A stretch of 64,000 nt of DNA, from contig JAVHOA010000120.1 in NCBI GenBank assembly GCA_036169815.1, positions 1,781 through 65,780 on the forward strand. The letters run 5' to 3'. Position 1 is the first letter of the stretch, and each line of letters opens with the position of its first letter. The translations under genes were made by a program, and so were the position numbers. The DNA comes from Sulfurimonadaceae bacterium. GTDB lineage: Bacteria; Campylobacterota; Campylobacteria; Campylobacterales; Sulfurimonadaceae. This document shows, one piece after another, positions 40,027 through 49,933 of the stretch. Below the pieces are notes generated by a model. That model saw only the letters and a list, made by a program, of their open reading frames with translations. It was not told where the DNA came from and did no database searches.

Positions 40027-41811
40027 CTACTGTTTAATGTACCCATCCGCAAGCAGTTTGTCATAGATTTTGGAAACAATATCACCCGCTGCATGCCCGC
40101 CATGCCCGCCATGTTCGACCAAAACAGTGACAATATATTGTGGATTAGTGTAGGGGCCATACGTTGTAAGCCATGCATGAGAGCGTGAGTAGTAATTCAT
40201 ATCAAGTTCCTCCATTCTTTTCACTGTTGCTTGTGATATTCCAACAACTTGCGCTGTTCCTGTTTTTCCAGCAATTTGCACTTTTGTATGGATAAAGTGT
40301 GTTGCTGTCCCTTGAGGAGCGTTACATGCATCAACCATTCCCTCACGAATAAAGTTTATTTTTTTCTTTTCATTTGGCGTGAGCACCTCTTTAAACTCAG
40401 GTTTGATTGTTTTGTCTCCAACCTTAGAAACAAGATGCGGAGTGACCCTTTTACCTGTTGCAAGCAATGCTGTAAACTGGGCAACTTGCATTGGTGTCAC
40501 AAGAAAATCACCCTGCCCAATCGCCGTATTTAAAGTCTCTCCAATATACCAAGATTGACGAAATTTTTTACGTTTCCATGCTTTATTTGGTACGGTTCCG
40601 ATAAACTCATTTGGAAGATCGACTCCAGTTTTGCCTCCAAAACCATAGCGAATCATGCCAGCACTCAAAGTATCAATACCCGTTTGCACGCTTCCCTTAT
40701 AAAAATAATCATCACAACTTTCACGAATTGCTTTACGTATTTCCGTGTCGCCATGCCCATCTTTTCTCCAACATCTAAAATTTCGTCCAGAGACAACATA
40801 GCTTCCACTACAATGATTATGCCAATGCTCATCAATAGCTGTTGTAATCATGATAAGCCCAAGCCCTATTTTTACAACAGAACCAGGAGGATATAAGCCA
40901 TTGACAAGTTTATTGGTAAATGGTTTATCTTGACTTTCAATAAGCGCTTTCCACTCTTGTGCGGGGATTCCATTTGTAAAAGCATTGAGATCATACTCTG
41001 GAAAACTTCCAGCTGCAAGCACTGAGCCGTTAATGTCCATCACAATAACTGCGCCCGCTTCCTCTTGAAACATATCGGTGATATATTGTTGCAGATTCAT
41101 ATCGATGGCGAGTTTGAGCTGTTTGTTTTCAATGGGTGCTTTATGGGAAAGTTCTGCTATCTCCTCATTTTTTGCACTTACTTTAATCTTTCGCTCACCC
41201 AGTTCACCTTGAAGATAGCTGTTATAATACTTTTCGATCCCATTTTTTCCCACACTGCCAACAACAGATAAACGAGGATCTTTGTCAATATCATTTTGAT
41301 TTGCATTTGCAACATAACCAATAATATGTGCTGCTGTCTTTTTAAAGGGATAAAATCTTTTTGGTGCCGATAAAATATGCATATTTTCACGCAAATTTAA
41401 AAGAGAATAAACAGGAATCATCTCTTCATAAGCGATAAAATCAGCAACTTCTATAAAATCCTGATTATAGTAAGAGTCGTTTTGAAGATAGATTTTTTTC
41501 ATCTTCTCTTTATCTAAGGAGGGAATATTCGCCACTAAAAAGTTCAGCTCATTATCAAGCATTTGCGTATCATCTTCACTGCTCAAATGCGGTGCTAACT
41601 CTACTTTAAATCCAAGTTTATTAATAGCAACAGGATTGTTATTTCTATCAATAATCTCCCCACGCACGGATGCGGTAAGATCTGATTTTATTGTGTTTCT
41701 ATCTGAGAGCTCTTCATAATAGGCATTATGATTGATTGCAAGATAAAAAACCCGCACAATAAGCGCCAACCACGCAAGTGCAAAAAGTGTCAATATTATT
41801 TTAAGTCTCAA
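40027..41811 (-). CDS. mrdA: Penicillin-binding protein 2 (elongasome transpeptidase)
   Basis: 594 aa with a TTG start. N-terminal anchor. Transpeptidase motifs PPGSVVK (SxxK), a SxN region and KTGTAQ. Confidence 0.9.
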   Translation of the reverse strand: MRLKIILTLFALAWLALIVRVFYLAINHNAYYEELSDRNTIKSDLTASVRGEIIDRNNNPVAINKLGFKVELAPHLSSEDDTQMLDNELNFLVANIPSLDKEKMKKIYLQNDSYYNQDFIEVADFIAYEEMIPVYSLLNLRENMHILSAPKRFYPFKKTAAHIIGYVANANQNDIDKDPRLSVVGSVGKNGIEKYYNSYLQGELGERKIKVSAKNEEIAELSHKAPIENKQLKLAIDMNLQQYITDMFQEEAGAVIVMDINGSVLAAGSFPEYDLNAFTNGIPAQEWKALIESQDKPFTNKLVNGLYPPGSVVKIGLGLIMITTAIDEHWHNHCSGSYVVSGRNFRCWRKDGHGDTEIRKAIRESCDDYFYKGSVQTGIDTLSAGMIRYGFGGKTGVDLPNEFIGTVPNKAWKRKKFRQSWYIGETLNTAIGQGDFLVTPMQVAQFTALLATGKRVTPHLVSKVGDKTIKPEFKEVLTPNEKKKINFIREGMVDACNAPQGTATHFIHTKVQIAGKTGTAQVVGISQATVKRMEELDMNYYSRSHAWLTTYGPYTNPQYIVTVLVEHGGHGGHAAGDIVSKIYDKLLADGYIKQ

Positions 41812-41824
41812 CTTTACTTCCCTC

Positions 41825-42277
41825 TTAAAAAATCAACAAAAGAAAAAACTCTAGCACGATATAGTAGATAACATACCAACTAAAGGCGGGTTCACTCAAC
41901 AAAAATGTCCCTGCAAGCATATAGGCAAAGAGGTAATAGCCAACATACGCAAGTAGAATCATCATGATTTTTGTACATGCGATGCATTGCACATATTTAT
42001 CCATTTTACCAAGCACAAGTTTATATAAAAGCAGAAAATAGATAATCGAACTAAAAAAAACATACCCCTTTTGCGCTTCAAAAAAAAGCAAAGCAAAAGC
42101 GCTTGCAAAGAGTGTAGCAGCATCCTCATTTTTAATCGCATTGATAAAAAGAACAAAAAGTATCCCAAACAATGGAGGTAAATAGAGGTAAATTCCACTA
42201 AGACTTTCATAAACGACAAATATTACTAAAGCAAAAGCAATATTTATATATTTTTGATAAGTGCTATTTCGTTGCAT
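41825..42277 (-). CDS. Hydrophobic membrane protein immediately upstream of mrdA (possibly MreD-like)
   Basis: ORF 41825..42304 with about 5 predicted hydrophobic helices. The start is uncertain: every ATG start overlaps the upstream GNAT gene by at least 34 nt. The MreD idea rests only on size, hydrophobicity and position. Confidence 0.35.
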   Translation of the reverse strand: MQRNSTYQKYINIAFALVIFVVYESLSGIYLYLPPLFGILFVLFINAIKNEDAATLFASAFALLFFEAQKGYVFFSSIIYFLLLYKLVLGKMDKYVQCIACTKIMMILLAYVGYYLFAYMLAGTFLLSEPAFSWYVIYYIVLEFFLLLIF

Positions 42278-42705
42278 ACTGGAAAGTGTTTGCATTTGAT
42301 ACAATCTGCCCAGATTTTATGATCTGGCAAAGATTCTTTTGGAATCTCAAAAAAACCTAAATTTTCAAAAAAACTCTGTTTATATGTTAAAACTAAAACC
42401 TGTTTTAAACCAAGAAAAATGGCTTCACTCAAAGATTTGCTTACAAGTGTCGAACCAATATGTTGCGCTCTGTAGCCATCTTTTACAATCAAAGAGCGAA
42501 TCTCTGCGAGTGATGAGGAGTGTACATGTAAGGCGCAAAAACCAATCAATTTTTCACTATCAAATGCAAGCGTATAGGATCTGATATTTGTAGCAATCTC
42601 ATCATCGCTTCTTGCTAAAATAACGCCGGATTCCACATCTTGACGCACAAGCTCTTGCATAGATTTTATGTTGGAAAGCGACGCTTTTTTATACTCTATC
42701 ATCAA
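42244..42705 (-). CDS. GNAT-family N-acetyltransferase (short ArgA-like form)
   Basis: 153 aa. Acetyl-CoA binding region RSLIVKDGYRAQHIGSTLV; C-terminal KIWADCIKCKHFPVC. Confidence 0.75.
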   Translation of the reverse strand: MMIEYKKASLSNIKSMQELVRQDVESGVILARSDDEIATNIRSYTLAFDSEKLIGFCALHVHSSSLAEIRSLIVKDGYRAQHIGSTLVSKSLSEAIFLGLKQVLVLTYKQSFFENLGFFEIPKESLPDHKIWADCIKCKHFPVCNEIALIKNI

Positions 42706-43312
42706 CGCGCTCCTCTTTTAAAACATCATAAATAACGCCAATGAGTTTAGAGATGCCACGTTTTTTACTGCTTGAAACCATCAGGGCATCTGGAAAACGG
42801 TTGCGCAAAACACTCTGCTCTTTTTGGTTGAGTTTATCAATCTTGGTAAAGACTTTTAAAATCTTTTGGCTTGGATGCACAATCTCCTCTAAAAATTCAC
42901 CTACACCCACATCAATCTCAAGATCTGGATGACGGGAGTCGATGAGATGCACAAATAGTTTAATCTGCTCTCTTTGGGCAATATAATCTGTGAGATTTCT
43001 CTCCCAATCATATTTCATCGATTTTGAAACTTTTGCATATCCAAATCCTGGCAGATCCACAAGGCGGGCAAACCGTTTTTCTCCAAGTTCTCTATCTATA
43101 AACGTAATATCAAAATAGTTGATAAGACGCGTCTTGCCGGGAGTTGAAGAGACTTTCGCAAGTCCTTTATGATTTGAGAGCGCATTGAGCAGTGAGCTTT
43201 TTCCAGCATTGGAGCGCGCCATCAAGGCAACCTCATTTTGCAAATCTGAGGGAGGGGCTTTTTCTATATTTGGAGCAGAAGTGATAAACTTTGCATCTAC
43301 AATTTCAACCAT
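42689..43312 (-). CDS. engB: Ribosome biogenesis GTPase YihA/EngB
   Basis: 207 aa. G1 motif ARSNAGKSSLLNAL; DLPGFGYA; TKIDK. Confidence 0.9.
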   Translation of the reverse strand: MVEIVDAKFITSAPNIEKAPPSDLQNEVALMARSNAGKSSLLNALSNHKGLAKVSSTPGKTRLINYFDITFIDRELGEKRFARLVDLPGFGYAKVSKSMKYDWERNLTDYIAQREQIKLFVHLIDSRHPDLEIDVGVGEFLEEIVHPSQKILKVFTKIDKLNQKEQSVLRNRFPDALMVSSSKKRGISKLIGVIYDVLKEERVDDRV

Positions 43313-43791
43313 TATTTACTCTCATTTTGATCTTTGAAATGAAAAATCATCACAACTGGCGCTTTTTTTGCACCATTTGCAAATGCTCTGCCATCGGTAG
43401 TATTTAAAATAACTTTATCCCCATCTATCTGTTTGCGCTCATTTAACTGACGCAGATGCACATTCGTATAAAACTGATACTCTTTAATCTTTGGAAAATA
43501 GATAGTTTTTTCTGCTTTTCCTGTATAAGTTGCATTATTTTGTGTTTTAACAAAAAAGGAAACATCTCCCTCAGCCACCATCTTGATTGGATCATGCTTT
43601 TTGTCTGTATAGATTGTGACTTTGCTAGCATTGAGCTCATCAAACCCTTTTTTCATCTTTACATCACCCATAAAAATAGCAACTCCTTTTTTTTCATCCC
43701 CATCAAATGAGTTTGCAACCACCTTGAGATCATTGCCAAAAAGAGTGATGCAGGAGAGCAAAAGCAGTGTAAAAATTGATTTTATTTTCAT
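43312..43791 (-). CDS. lptA: LPS transport periplasmic protein LptA (OstA-like)
   Basis: 159 aa. Signal peptide and beta-jellyroll-like repeats. Lies in lptC-lptA order downstream of kdsC. Confidence 0.7.
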   Translation of the reverse strand: MKIKSIFTLLLLSCITLFGNDLKVVANSFDGDEKKGVAIFMGDVKMKKGFDELNASKVTIYTDKKHDPIKMVAEGDVSFFVKTQNNATYTGKAEKTIYFPKIKEYQFYTNVHLRQLNERKQIDGDKVILNTTDGRAFANGAKKAPVVMIFHFKDQNESK

Positions 43792-44318
43792 TATTTTCCA
43801 TTATCTTGTATTTGATACGTTGCAGCTATATTTTTTGAGAGTATATGATTTTCTTTACTGTCAAAAACGAGTTTTGTGCCCGTGATTTTATCATCATTTC
43901 GATAGAAAGTATAGGCATTTGGAGCTTGAAAAATAGCTGTTTTTTGATTATAGGAAGCTGCATCTGTTTGAAACGTCAAACCATCCGCTCTTTTATAAAC
44001 AACATTACCACGTAAATCTATAACACTCTCTTTATAACGACCAAAATCAGCTTGTAAATGCGCTATATACTCTCGTGAATTATCAGTATAATTCATATCT
44101 GTAACTTCATATCTATCTTCATATTTAAACCCTTTTTTACCATAAAATACACTTTTCAATCCTTTGGTATCAAGATCATAAACACTAAAATTTAAAAGCT
44201 CCAACTGCGGGACCTCTTTTTTATCAAATTCTTGGAGTTGCATAGGATTAAAAAAGATATAAATCATAGCAAGCCCTGCAAATACACAGATAAAAAAGAG
44301 ATTTATATTCATATCCAA
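43791..44318 (-). CDS. lptC: LPS export system protein LptC
   Basis: 175 aa. Single N-terminal TM helix. Sits between kdsC and lptA, the conserved kdsC-lptC-lptA synteny. Confidence 0.6.
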   Translation of the reverse strand: MDMNINLFFICVFAGLAMIYIFFNPMQLQEFDKKEVPQLELLNFSVYDLDTKGLKSVFYGKKGFKYEDRYEVTDMNYTDNSREYIAHLQADFGRYKESVIDLRGNVVYKRADGLTFQTDAASYNQKTAIFQAPNAYTFYRNDDKITGTKLVFDSKENHILSKNIAATYQIQDNGK

Positions 44319-44803
44319 AGACTCAAATATGCTTCTAACTGCTCGTTCTCTTTGACAACAACATCAATCATCTCTCGCACAGCGCCCTCGCCACCCTTAC
44401 ATGTAAGCACAATATCGACCATCTCTTTAATATAACTTGCTCCATCACTTGGAGTGAAACTTTTTCCTACACTTTGAAGCAGTTTATAGTCATTGAGTTC
44501 ATCCCCAATCGCAGCTACCTCTTGCATCGTGATACCGATTTTTTCTATAAGTTGCTCGAGGATGGCTTGCTTGTCTTTGACACCTTGATACAGATGCCCT
44601 ACTTTGAGCTCTTTTGCTCTATGTTCGACGAGCTTGGAACTTCTTCCTGTGATGATAACAACCTCTCCGCCAAGTTTAATCCAGTTTGTGATTGCAAATC
44701 CATCTTTAACATTGAAGTTTTTGCTCTCCTCACCGCTATTGGAGTAGATAATCTTTCCATCTGTAAGACATCCATCTACATCCAGCACTAAAAGCTTAAT
44801 CAT
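44309..44803 (-). CDS. kdsC: 3-deoxy-D-manno-octulosonate 8-phosphate phosphatase
   Basis: 164 aa. HAD motif LVLDVDGCLTDG; ...GDELNDY... Confidence 0.85.
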   Translation of the reverse strand: MIKLLVLDVDGCLTDGKIIYSNSGEESKNFNVKDGFAITNWIKLGGEVVIITGRSSKLVEHRAKELKVGHLYQGVKDKQAILEQLIEKIGITMQEVAAIGDELNDYKLLQSVGKSFTPSDGASYIKEMVDIVLTCKGGEGAVREMIDVVVKENEQLEAYLSLWI

Positions 44804-45372
44804 AAAACATCTTTTGTACTTGGGATACCAACTCTTTCATTCACAGTTGTTGCACGACGCAGTGCGACTGCCAAGGCTTTAAAAGATGCCTCAATAATAT
44901 GATGCTTGTTTTTTCCTCGTTGCTCTATGATGTGTGCGCTGATTCTGGCATTAAAGATTAAAGCTCTAAAAAACTCTTCAACAAGTTCAGTATCAAAATT
45001 GCCAACTTTCCCTGATAAATCAAGTTCATAGACTAAAAATGGACGGTTGCTAAGATCAATATCGCAACTCACACACGCTTCATCCATAACAACACTTGCA
45101 TTTCCAAAACGCTCAAGTTTTGCAACAGGATAGATACTCTGAGCAAGCAAAGAACCCAAAACAATGGCCACATCTTCAACACTGTGGTGATCATCGATAT
45201 AGGTGTCACCCTTACATGCAACCTCTAAATCCATAAGTGCATGTTTAGCAAAACTCTCTAACATATGGTCTAAAAAGCCCACACCCGTTGCAATTTTGCT
45301 TTTTCCCTCTCCGTAGAGTTTGAGAGCGACTGTAATATCTGTTTCTTTTGTTGTTCTTGTTTTATTTTTCAT
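44800..45372 (-). CDS. hisB: Imidazoleglycerol-phosphate dehydratase
   Basis: 190 aa. GVGFLDHML...DDHHSVEDV...HHIIEASFKA. Confidence 0.95.
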   Translation of the reverse strand: MKNKTRTTKETDITVALKLYGEGKSKIATGVGFLDHMLESFAKHALMDLEVACKGDTYIDDHHSVEDVAIVLGSLLAQSIYPVAKLERFGNASVVMDEACVSCDIDLSNRPFLVYELDLSGKVGNFDTELVEEFFRALIFNARISAHIIEQRGKNKHHIIEASFKALAVALRRATTVNERVGIPSTKDVL

Positions 45373-45373
45373 A

Positions 45374-46153
45374 CTATTCCTTTACTATAAATGCACCACT
45401 TAAATGCGCGCTCGAGCTATAATCTCGTGCTTCTGCTTCACTTTGAAACCCTTTGATCCAGACTTTAAAAGCCGTTGTATCCCCATTTTGCATATCTTTA
45501 ATAACCGTTTTGTAGCCATTTAGTCCATCATACTTTTTCTGCGTCACAAGAGCACCCTCAATATTTGAAAAGGAAGCGATTTGCAAAGCAAATTCGCTTA
45601 TAATCTCCTGTTTTGGTCCCCGGTCTAACTCTCTTTGGTTAGGAATCACCCTGCCACCGCTTTTTTCAAAGCCAAGAACCTCTAGCGAAACAAGTGCTGT
45701 TCCTTTGCCTAGCATATCCATCTTTGTAGCAGCTTCGTTTGAGAGATCAATGATGCGATTATCGACAAATGGACCTCTGTCGTTAATGCGCACCACAACA
45801 GATCTGCCATTTTCTTTATTTGTGACCCTAACAATCGTATTCATTGGAAGCGTTTTATGTGCAGCTGTCATGGCATACATATCATAGGTTTCTCCATTGG
45901 ATGTAAATTTTCCATGAAAATCTGGTCCATACCAGCTTGCTCGCCCACTGAACTCGTCTCCAACACTTACAACAGTTGGATAATAGGTAATCCCTCTTAT
46001 CGTGTAAGGGCGCATGGTTGCAGGCGAATTGAAACTCGTTTTTGGAGATGAAAAGTTTTTATAGGATGTATTGCCACCATAATAGTGTACTCCACGTGTG
46101 CTACACCCAGCCAAAAGAATCAAAAGTGATCCGAAAATAATAATTTTATTCAT
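45374..46153 (-). CDS. rlpA: Septal ring lytic transglycosylase RlpA-like lipoprotein with C-terminal SPOR domain
   Basis: ORF track extends to 46189. Preferred start is MNKIIIFGSLLILLAGCS (lipobox), overlapping the mltD stop by 8 nt. DPBB core ASWYGPDFHGKFTSNGETYD...VRINDRGPF. Confidence 0.85.
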   Translation of the reverse strand: MNKIIIFGSLLILLAGCSTRGVHYYGGNTSYKNFSSPKTSFNSPATMRPYTIRGITYYPTVVSVGDEFSGRASWYGPDFHGKFTSNGETYDMYAMTAAHKTLPMNTIVRVTNKENGRSVVVRINDRGPFVDNRIIDLSNEAATKMDMLGKGTALVSLEVLGFEKSGGRVIPNQRELDRGPKQEIISEFALQIASFSNIEGALVTQKKYDGLNGYKTVIKDMQNGDTTAFKVWIKGFQSEAEARDYSSSAHLSGAFIVKE

Positions 46154-47366
46154 TAATATAGAGTTTATCTCCCGCTTTGACATTCTCATTTTTAATATTG
46201 TTTTTAGATTTTATAAAAGCGACACTCACTTTGTTTGCTTTTGCGATGGATTCTAAAGTTTCACCATCCCTAACCGTGTAGGCACCTTTATCTAAAACAA
46301 TATTCGTTTTTGAAACAACTGGAATTATAATATCTTGTTTTGAAATTTGCTTGTTTTGATTTGCTTTTATGAAATCTTTTGTAATTTTAGGCTGAATTTT
46401 AAATTTTATCCCATGAGAAAGTGTATTTTCCTCTTGTTTTGGCGTAAATACAATAAATTTTTTCTTATCGCTATTTTCACCATCTCCATTATAATTTTCC
46501 TGAAATTCAGCAAGCTTCGTTGATGGAATATAAATATCATATCCCTTGGTATCAGGAGGTGTAAAGTCATAGGTGAGATGCGTATTTAACTTTTTGAGTT
46601 CCTCTTGTGGAAGGTTGAGCATATGGGAAACTTTCGTCAAAGACTCACCGCTTCCAACCTGCACAGTACTTAAGGAAGGAGTATTAAAAGGAGTATTTGC
46701 ACTGCCATCACCAAGTAATCGGCCCTCATCATTTTCAACCATTGCTAAAGAGAGTATTTTGCGGATGTAGCGCCGACTCTCAGCGGGAAGATATTTTTTC
46801 TTTTCATCAAGCAGTACATGTAAGTTGTCAGTTTTTGCTTTTTTGATTGCATTGGCAAGATATCCGCTTCCACAGTTGTAAGCGATTGCCGCAAGATACC
46901 ATTTACCAAACTGATTATGCAAAATAGTTAAATATTTTGCAGCGGCTCTTGAAGATTTGATAAGATCATGGCGTTCATCTACATATTTATCTATGCGAAG
47001 ATGGTAGCGTTTTGCAGTATCAGGCATAAATTGCCAAACGCCTCCAGCGCGACTTTTGGAGCGTGCTTTTGCAGCAAAATTTGATTCTGCGATGGCAACA
47101 AATAAAAATTCAGGCGGAACTTTATACTCGTTTAAAACCTCTTTGACATTTGGGATAAACACCGCAGCATCTCCCATATCTTGAAACAAACGATTTTTTT
47201 TATACTGAGAAAGTTGTGAGGATTTTATATCATTAAGCTGGCTATCTTTTAAAAATGAGGCATCAATATCAAAGCTCTTTAAAAGATCTTTGTCCTTTTG
47301 TAAACCTGCATTTGGATCTCCAAATAAAAGGTATGGAAGTAAAAATAAAAGAAAATATTTAATCAT
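46146..47366 (-). CDS. Membrane-bound lytic murein transglycosylase (MltD-like: SLT domain plus LysM)
   Basis: 406 aa. Signal peptide. SLT catalytic region AIAESNF...GGVWQFMPDTA...YLAAIAYNCG. C-terminal LysM (YTVRDGETLESIAKANKVSV). Confidence 0.8.
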   Translation of the reverse strand: MIKYFLLFLLPYLLFGDPNAGLQKDKDLLKSFDIDASFLKDSQLNDIKSSQLSQYKKNRLFQDMGDAAVFIPNVKEVLNEYKVPPEFLFVAIAESNFAAKARSKSRAGGVWQFMPDTAKRYHLRIDKYVDERHDLIKSSRAAAKYLTILHNQFGKWYLAAIAYNCGSGYLANAIKKAKTDNLHVLLDEKKKYLPAESRRYIRKILSLAMVENDEGRLLGDGSANTPFNTPSLSTVQVGSGESLTKVSHMLNLPQEELKKLNTHLTYDFTPPDTKGYDIYIPSTKLAEFQENYNGDGENSDKKKFIVFTPKQEENTLSHGIKFKIQPKITKDFIKANQNKQISKQDIIIPVVSKTNIVLDKGAYTVRDGETLESIAKANKVSVAFIKSKNNIKNENVKAGDKLYINE

Positions 47367-47454
47367 TCACACGCTTTTCAATTTAAGATAGAGTTAAAAA
47401 TTCTACCAAAAAATAGCTAATAAGGGGAAAATGCTCGATTTTTACTCCTTATTA

Positions 47455-48231
47455 CTAATCAATATGAAAGAGATTTTTCGCATTTTCTGTCGTTATTTTT
47501 TCTATTGTTTCAAAATCTTTTTCTAAAAATTGTGAAATTTTTTCAACCACAAGCGCCGTGTATGCGGGCTCATTTCTTTGACCTCTATAAGGAGTTGGTG
47601 TAAGATAGGGACCATCTGTCTCTATCACTAAACACTCAAGTGGGATTTTTGGTAACACTTGGAGAAGTTTTTTGGCATTGCTAAAGGTCACAACCCCGCC
47701 AATCCCAAAATAAAAGTGCTCTGTTGTCAAAGAGAGTAGCTCTTCATCCGCATTATAACAGTGTAAAACACCACCGACATCGCCCGCTTTTTCATCTAAA
47801 AGAATCATCTTTGCATCATGAGAAGCATCGCGAATATGGACAATGAGAGGCTTTTTATATTTTTTTGCGATACGTATCTGTGCGCGAAAAACTCTCTCTT
47901 GCGCTTTTTTTTCACTCTCTTTTTCTTCTTGTGTTCCCTCTAAGCGAAAATAATCCATACCGCATTCACCAATAGCAACACATTTTTGATGCTGCACATA
48001 CTGCTCAAAAATCTCCTCACGAAAGTGCTCTTTATCGTAAGGATGCACGCCAATTGCAAAGAAAATATTTGGATGACTCTCTACAATTTTGACTGCTTTG
48101 TCTAAAGTACAAGGATCTGCACCGGGGATAATAAAGCGCTCTACTCCAGCTGCATATGCTCTGTTTAAAACAGCACTAAAATCTTCATCATATCTGGCAT
48201 CATCAAGATGAATATGAGTATCTATAATCAT
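47455..48231 (-). CDS. tatD: TatD-family metal-dependent DNase/hydrolase
   Basis: 258 aa. MIIDTHIHLD...; ...ECGMDY...; HIRDA; ETDGPYL. Confidence 0.9.
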   Translation of the reverse strand: MIIDTHIHLDDARYDEDFSAVLNRAYAAGVERFIIPGADPCTLDKAVKIVESHPNIFFAIGVHPYDKEHFREEIFEQYVQHQKCVAIGECGMDYFRLEGTQEEKESEKKAQERVFRAQIRIAKKYKKPLIVHIRDASHDAKMILLDEKAGDVGGVLHCYNADEELLSLTTEHFYFGIGGVVTFSNAKKLLQVLPKIPLECLVIETDGPYLTPTPYRGQRNEPAYTALVVEKISQFLEKDFETIEKITTENAKNLFHID

Positions 48232-48404
48232 GCTTCTTTCTCTCTTTGCTCTTTTTTTAGTTTTCTTACAGCGTTTATATTTCTAAGCATTAAAATTATA
48301 AAAAAAACAGAACCGCCAAGCGAAGCGATTGCTAAAATAGGGTTATATGCCATATAAAAGTTATAACTTAAAATGAGCAAAACCATAGCAATTACAAAAC
48401 ACAT
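48228..48404 (-). CDS. Unannotated 58-aa two-helix membrane peptide between recN and tatD
   Basis: Own translation: MCFVIAMVLLILSYNFYMAYNPILAIASLGGSVFFIILMLRNINAVRKLKKEQREKEA. Its stop TGA overlaps the tatD ATG (ATGA) and its start overlaps the recN end by 13 nt. It fills an otherwise empty 160-bp gap. At 58 aa it is shorter than any ORF listed in the track. Confidence 0.4.
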   Translation of the reverse strand: MCFVIAMVLLILSYNFYMAYNPILAIASLGGSVFFIILMLRNINAVRKLKKEQREKEA

Positions 48405-49930
48405 CTATTGGCCTCCAAAAGATCTTTTGCAAATAGTTTGGCTTCATTTGTAATATTGCTTCCACTAATCATACGTGCAATCTCATCGACTCGTTCATCA
48501 AATGCTAAGGCTTTTACAAAACTCTGTGCACCATTTTTATATACTAAAAAGTGCTGATCACCCATGGAAGTGAGTTGGGGTTGGTGCGAAATAACAAAGA
48601 TTTGAAATTTTTTAGAAAGATGGCGCAACACTTTTGCCACACTCATAGACTCCTCACCACTTAAATTCGCATCAATCTCATCAAGCATTAAAATACCGCC
48701 ACTCTCTTGATCAATCTCAGATTTGATTGCCAAAATAGCCAAACGAAGGCGATTAAACTCTCCCGTACTCACTTTATCTAAAGGAGTTTGACTCAAAACA
48801 ATCTCAAGGAAGTCTTGTCCAAAACTGCCAAGTGGTATCTGCTTGAGTTCAATGCTCACCTCTCTTAAGTAGAGTTGTTTGATAATAGCATTGAGATTTT
48901 TTGTAAAATCTTTCAGTGCTTTGAAGCGTAGAGCACTCAATACATTTGCATCCTTACTTATGCTTACATGTAAGCGTTCTTGCTCCTCTTTGAGATCTCC
49001 TTTTGTTATTTCAATATTGTTATAGTGTGCAAGTTCTTGAAGTTTTACCTCTTTATATGCAAGTGCTTCTTCAATGCTTCCATACCTTCTTTTGAGTGAT
49101 GAGAGCGCTTCAATACGGTTTAAAACATCTTCTACATCCACCTCATCGAGATTGTTGATTTTTTGTGTCGCTTCATCGAGGTGCGCACGTAGTTCATTCA
49201 TGGCATCATCAAAAAAACCGCTTTGGATTTCCAGTGTTTCAAGTGCGCTTGCAACAGCATACTCAAACGCAAATATTTTTTGTGCTTCAGCAATTTTTTG
49301 TGAAGATTTCTCTTTTTTTGAGAGCTCTTTTTTGATCTCCAAAAGCGTTTCATCTTCACCAATTTTTGGATTCACATCATCTATCTTTTGTATCTCAAAG
49401 GTAGCGAACTCTTTAAGTTCTACGATTCTTTTTTGCTCATCTTCGATGGCTTTGAGCTGTTTACTTACTTCACCATAACGGATAAAATCTTTTTGAAATC
49501 TCTCTTTGAGTGTTTGAATCTCTTTGTTTTTTATCCTGCTATCTAAAAGCTCTAAAAGGTTTTTATTTTCAAAATCACTATAATCACGCAAGCTCAAATG
49601 GCGGACATAACTGCTGCTTAAAGATTTCATATCTTTTTTAGAGATTGCTTGATTATTGATAAAAAAACGCACTTTTTCTTTTTTAATCTGTCTAAAGACA
49701 TTGATATCTTCATTTTCTATACCAAAGTCATCACCCAAAATATTCCAATTACTTTGGGACTCACACAGCGCCGCACCCCCATCACTTAAACCAAAAGTAG
49801 AAAGGATTGCATCCATCAATACAGATTTTCCGCTTCCGCTAGGTCCCGTAAAAACGATCAGTCCTTTAGTGAGATTCAGTTCTATCTGCTTAAAACTCAA
49901 ATAATCTTTCAAATAAAAACGCTCAATCAC
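48392..49930 (-). CDS. recN: DNA repair protein RecN
   Basis: 512 aa. Walker A GPSGSGKSVLMDAI, long coiled-coil middle region, C-terminal LMLDEIDANLSGE. Confidence 0.9.
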   Translation of the reverse strand: MIERFYLKDYLSFKQIELNLTKGLIVFTGPSGSGKSVLMDAILSTFGLSDGGAALCESQSNWNILGDDFGIENEDINVFRQIKKEKVRFFINNQAISKKDMKSLSSSYVRHLSLRDYSDFENKNLLELLDSRIKNKEIQTLKERFQKDFIRYGEVSKQLKAIEDEQKRIVELKEFATFEIQKIDDVNPKIGEDETLLEIKKELSKKEKSSQKIAEAQKIFAFEYAVASALETLEIQSGFFDDAMNELRAHLDEATQKINNLDEVDVEDVLNRIEALSSLKRRYGSIEEALAYKEVKLQELAHYNNIEITKGDLKEEQERLHVSISKDANVLSALRFKALKDFTKNLNAIIKQLYLREVSIELKQIPLGSFGQDFLEIVLSQTPLDKVSTGEFNRLRLAILAIKSEIDQESGGILMLDEIDANLSGEESMSVAKVLRHLSKKFQIFVISHQPQLTSMGDQHFLVYKNGAQSFVKALAFDERVDEIARMISGSNITNEAKLFAKDLLEANRCVL

Positions 49931-49933
49931 TCT

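Noticed and set aside
40092-40113. The short tandem repeat CATGCCCGC x2 (+CATG) inside mrdA, encoding HGGHGGH, as a possible slipped-strand phase-variation site.
   Set aside because: There are only two in-frame 9-bp copies, and gain or loss would keep the frame. There is no homopolymeric G/C tract of the kind used for phase variation in Campylobacter or Helicobacter. I saw no poly-G/C run of 8 or more anywhere in the window.
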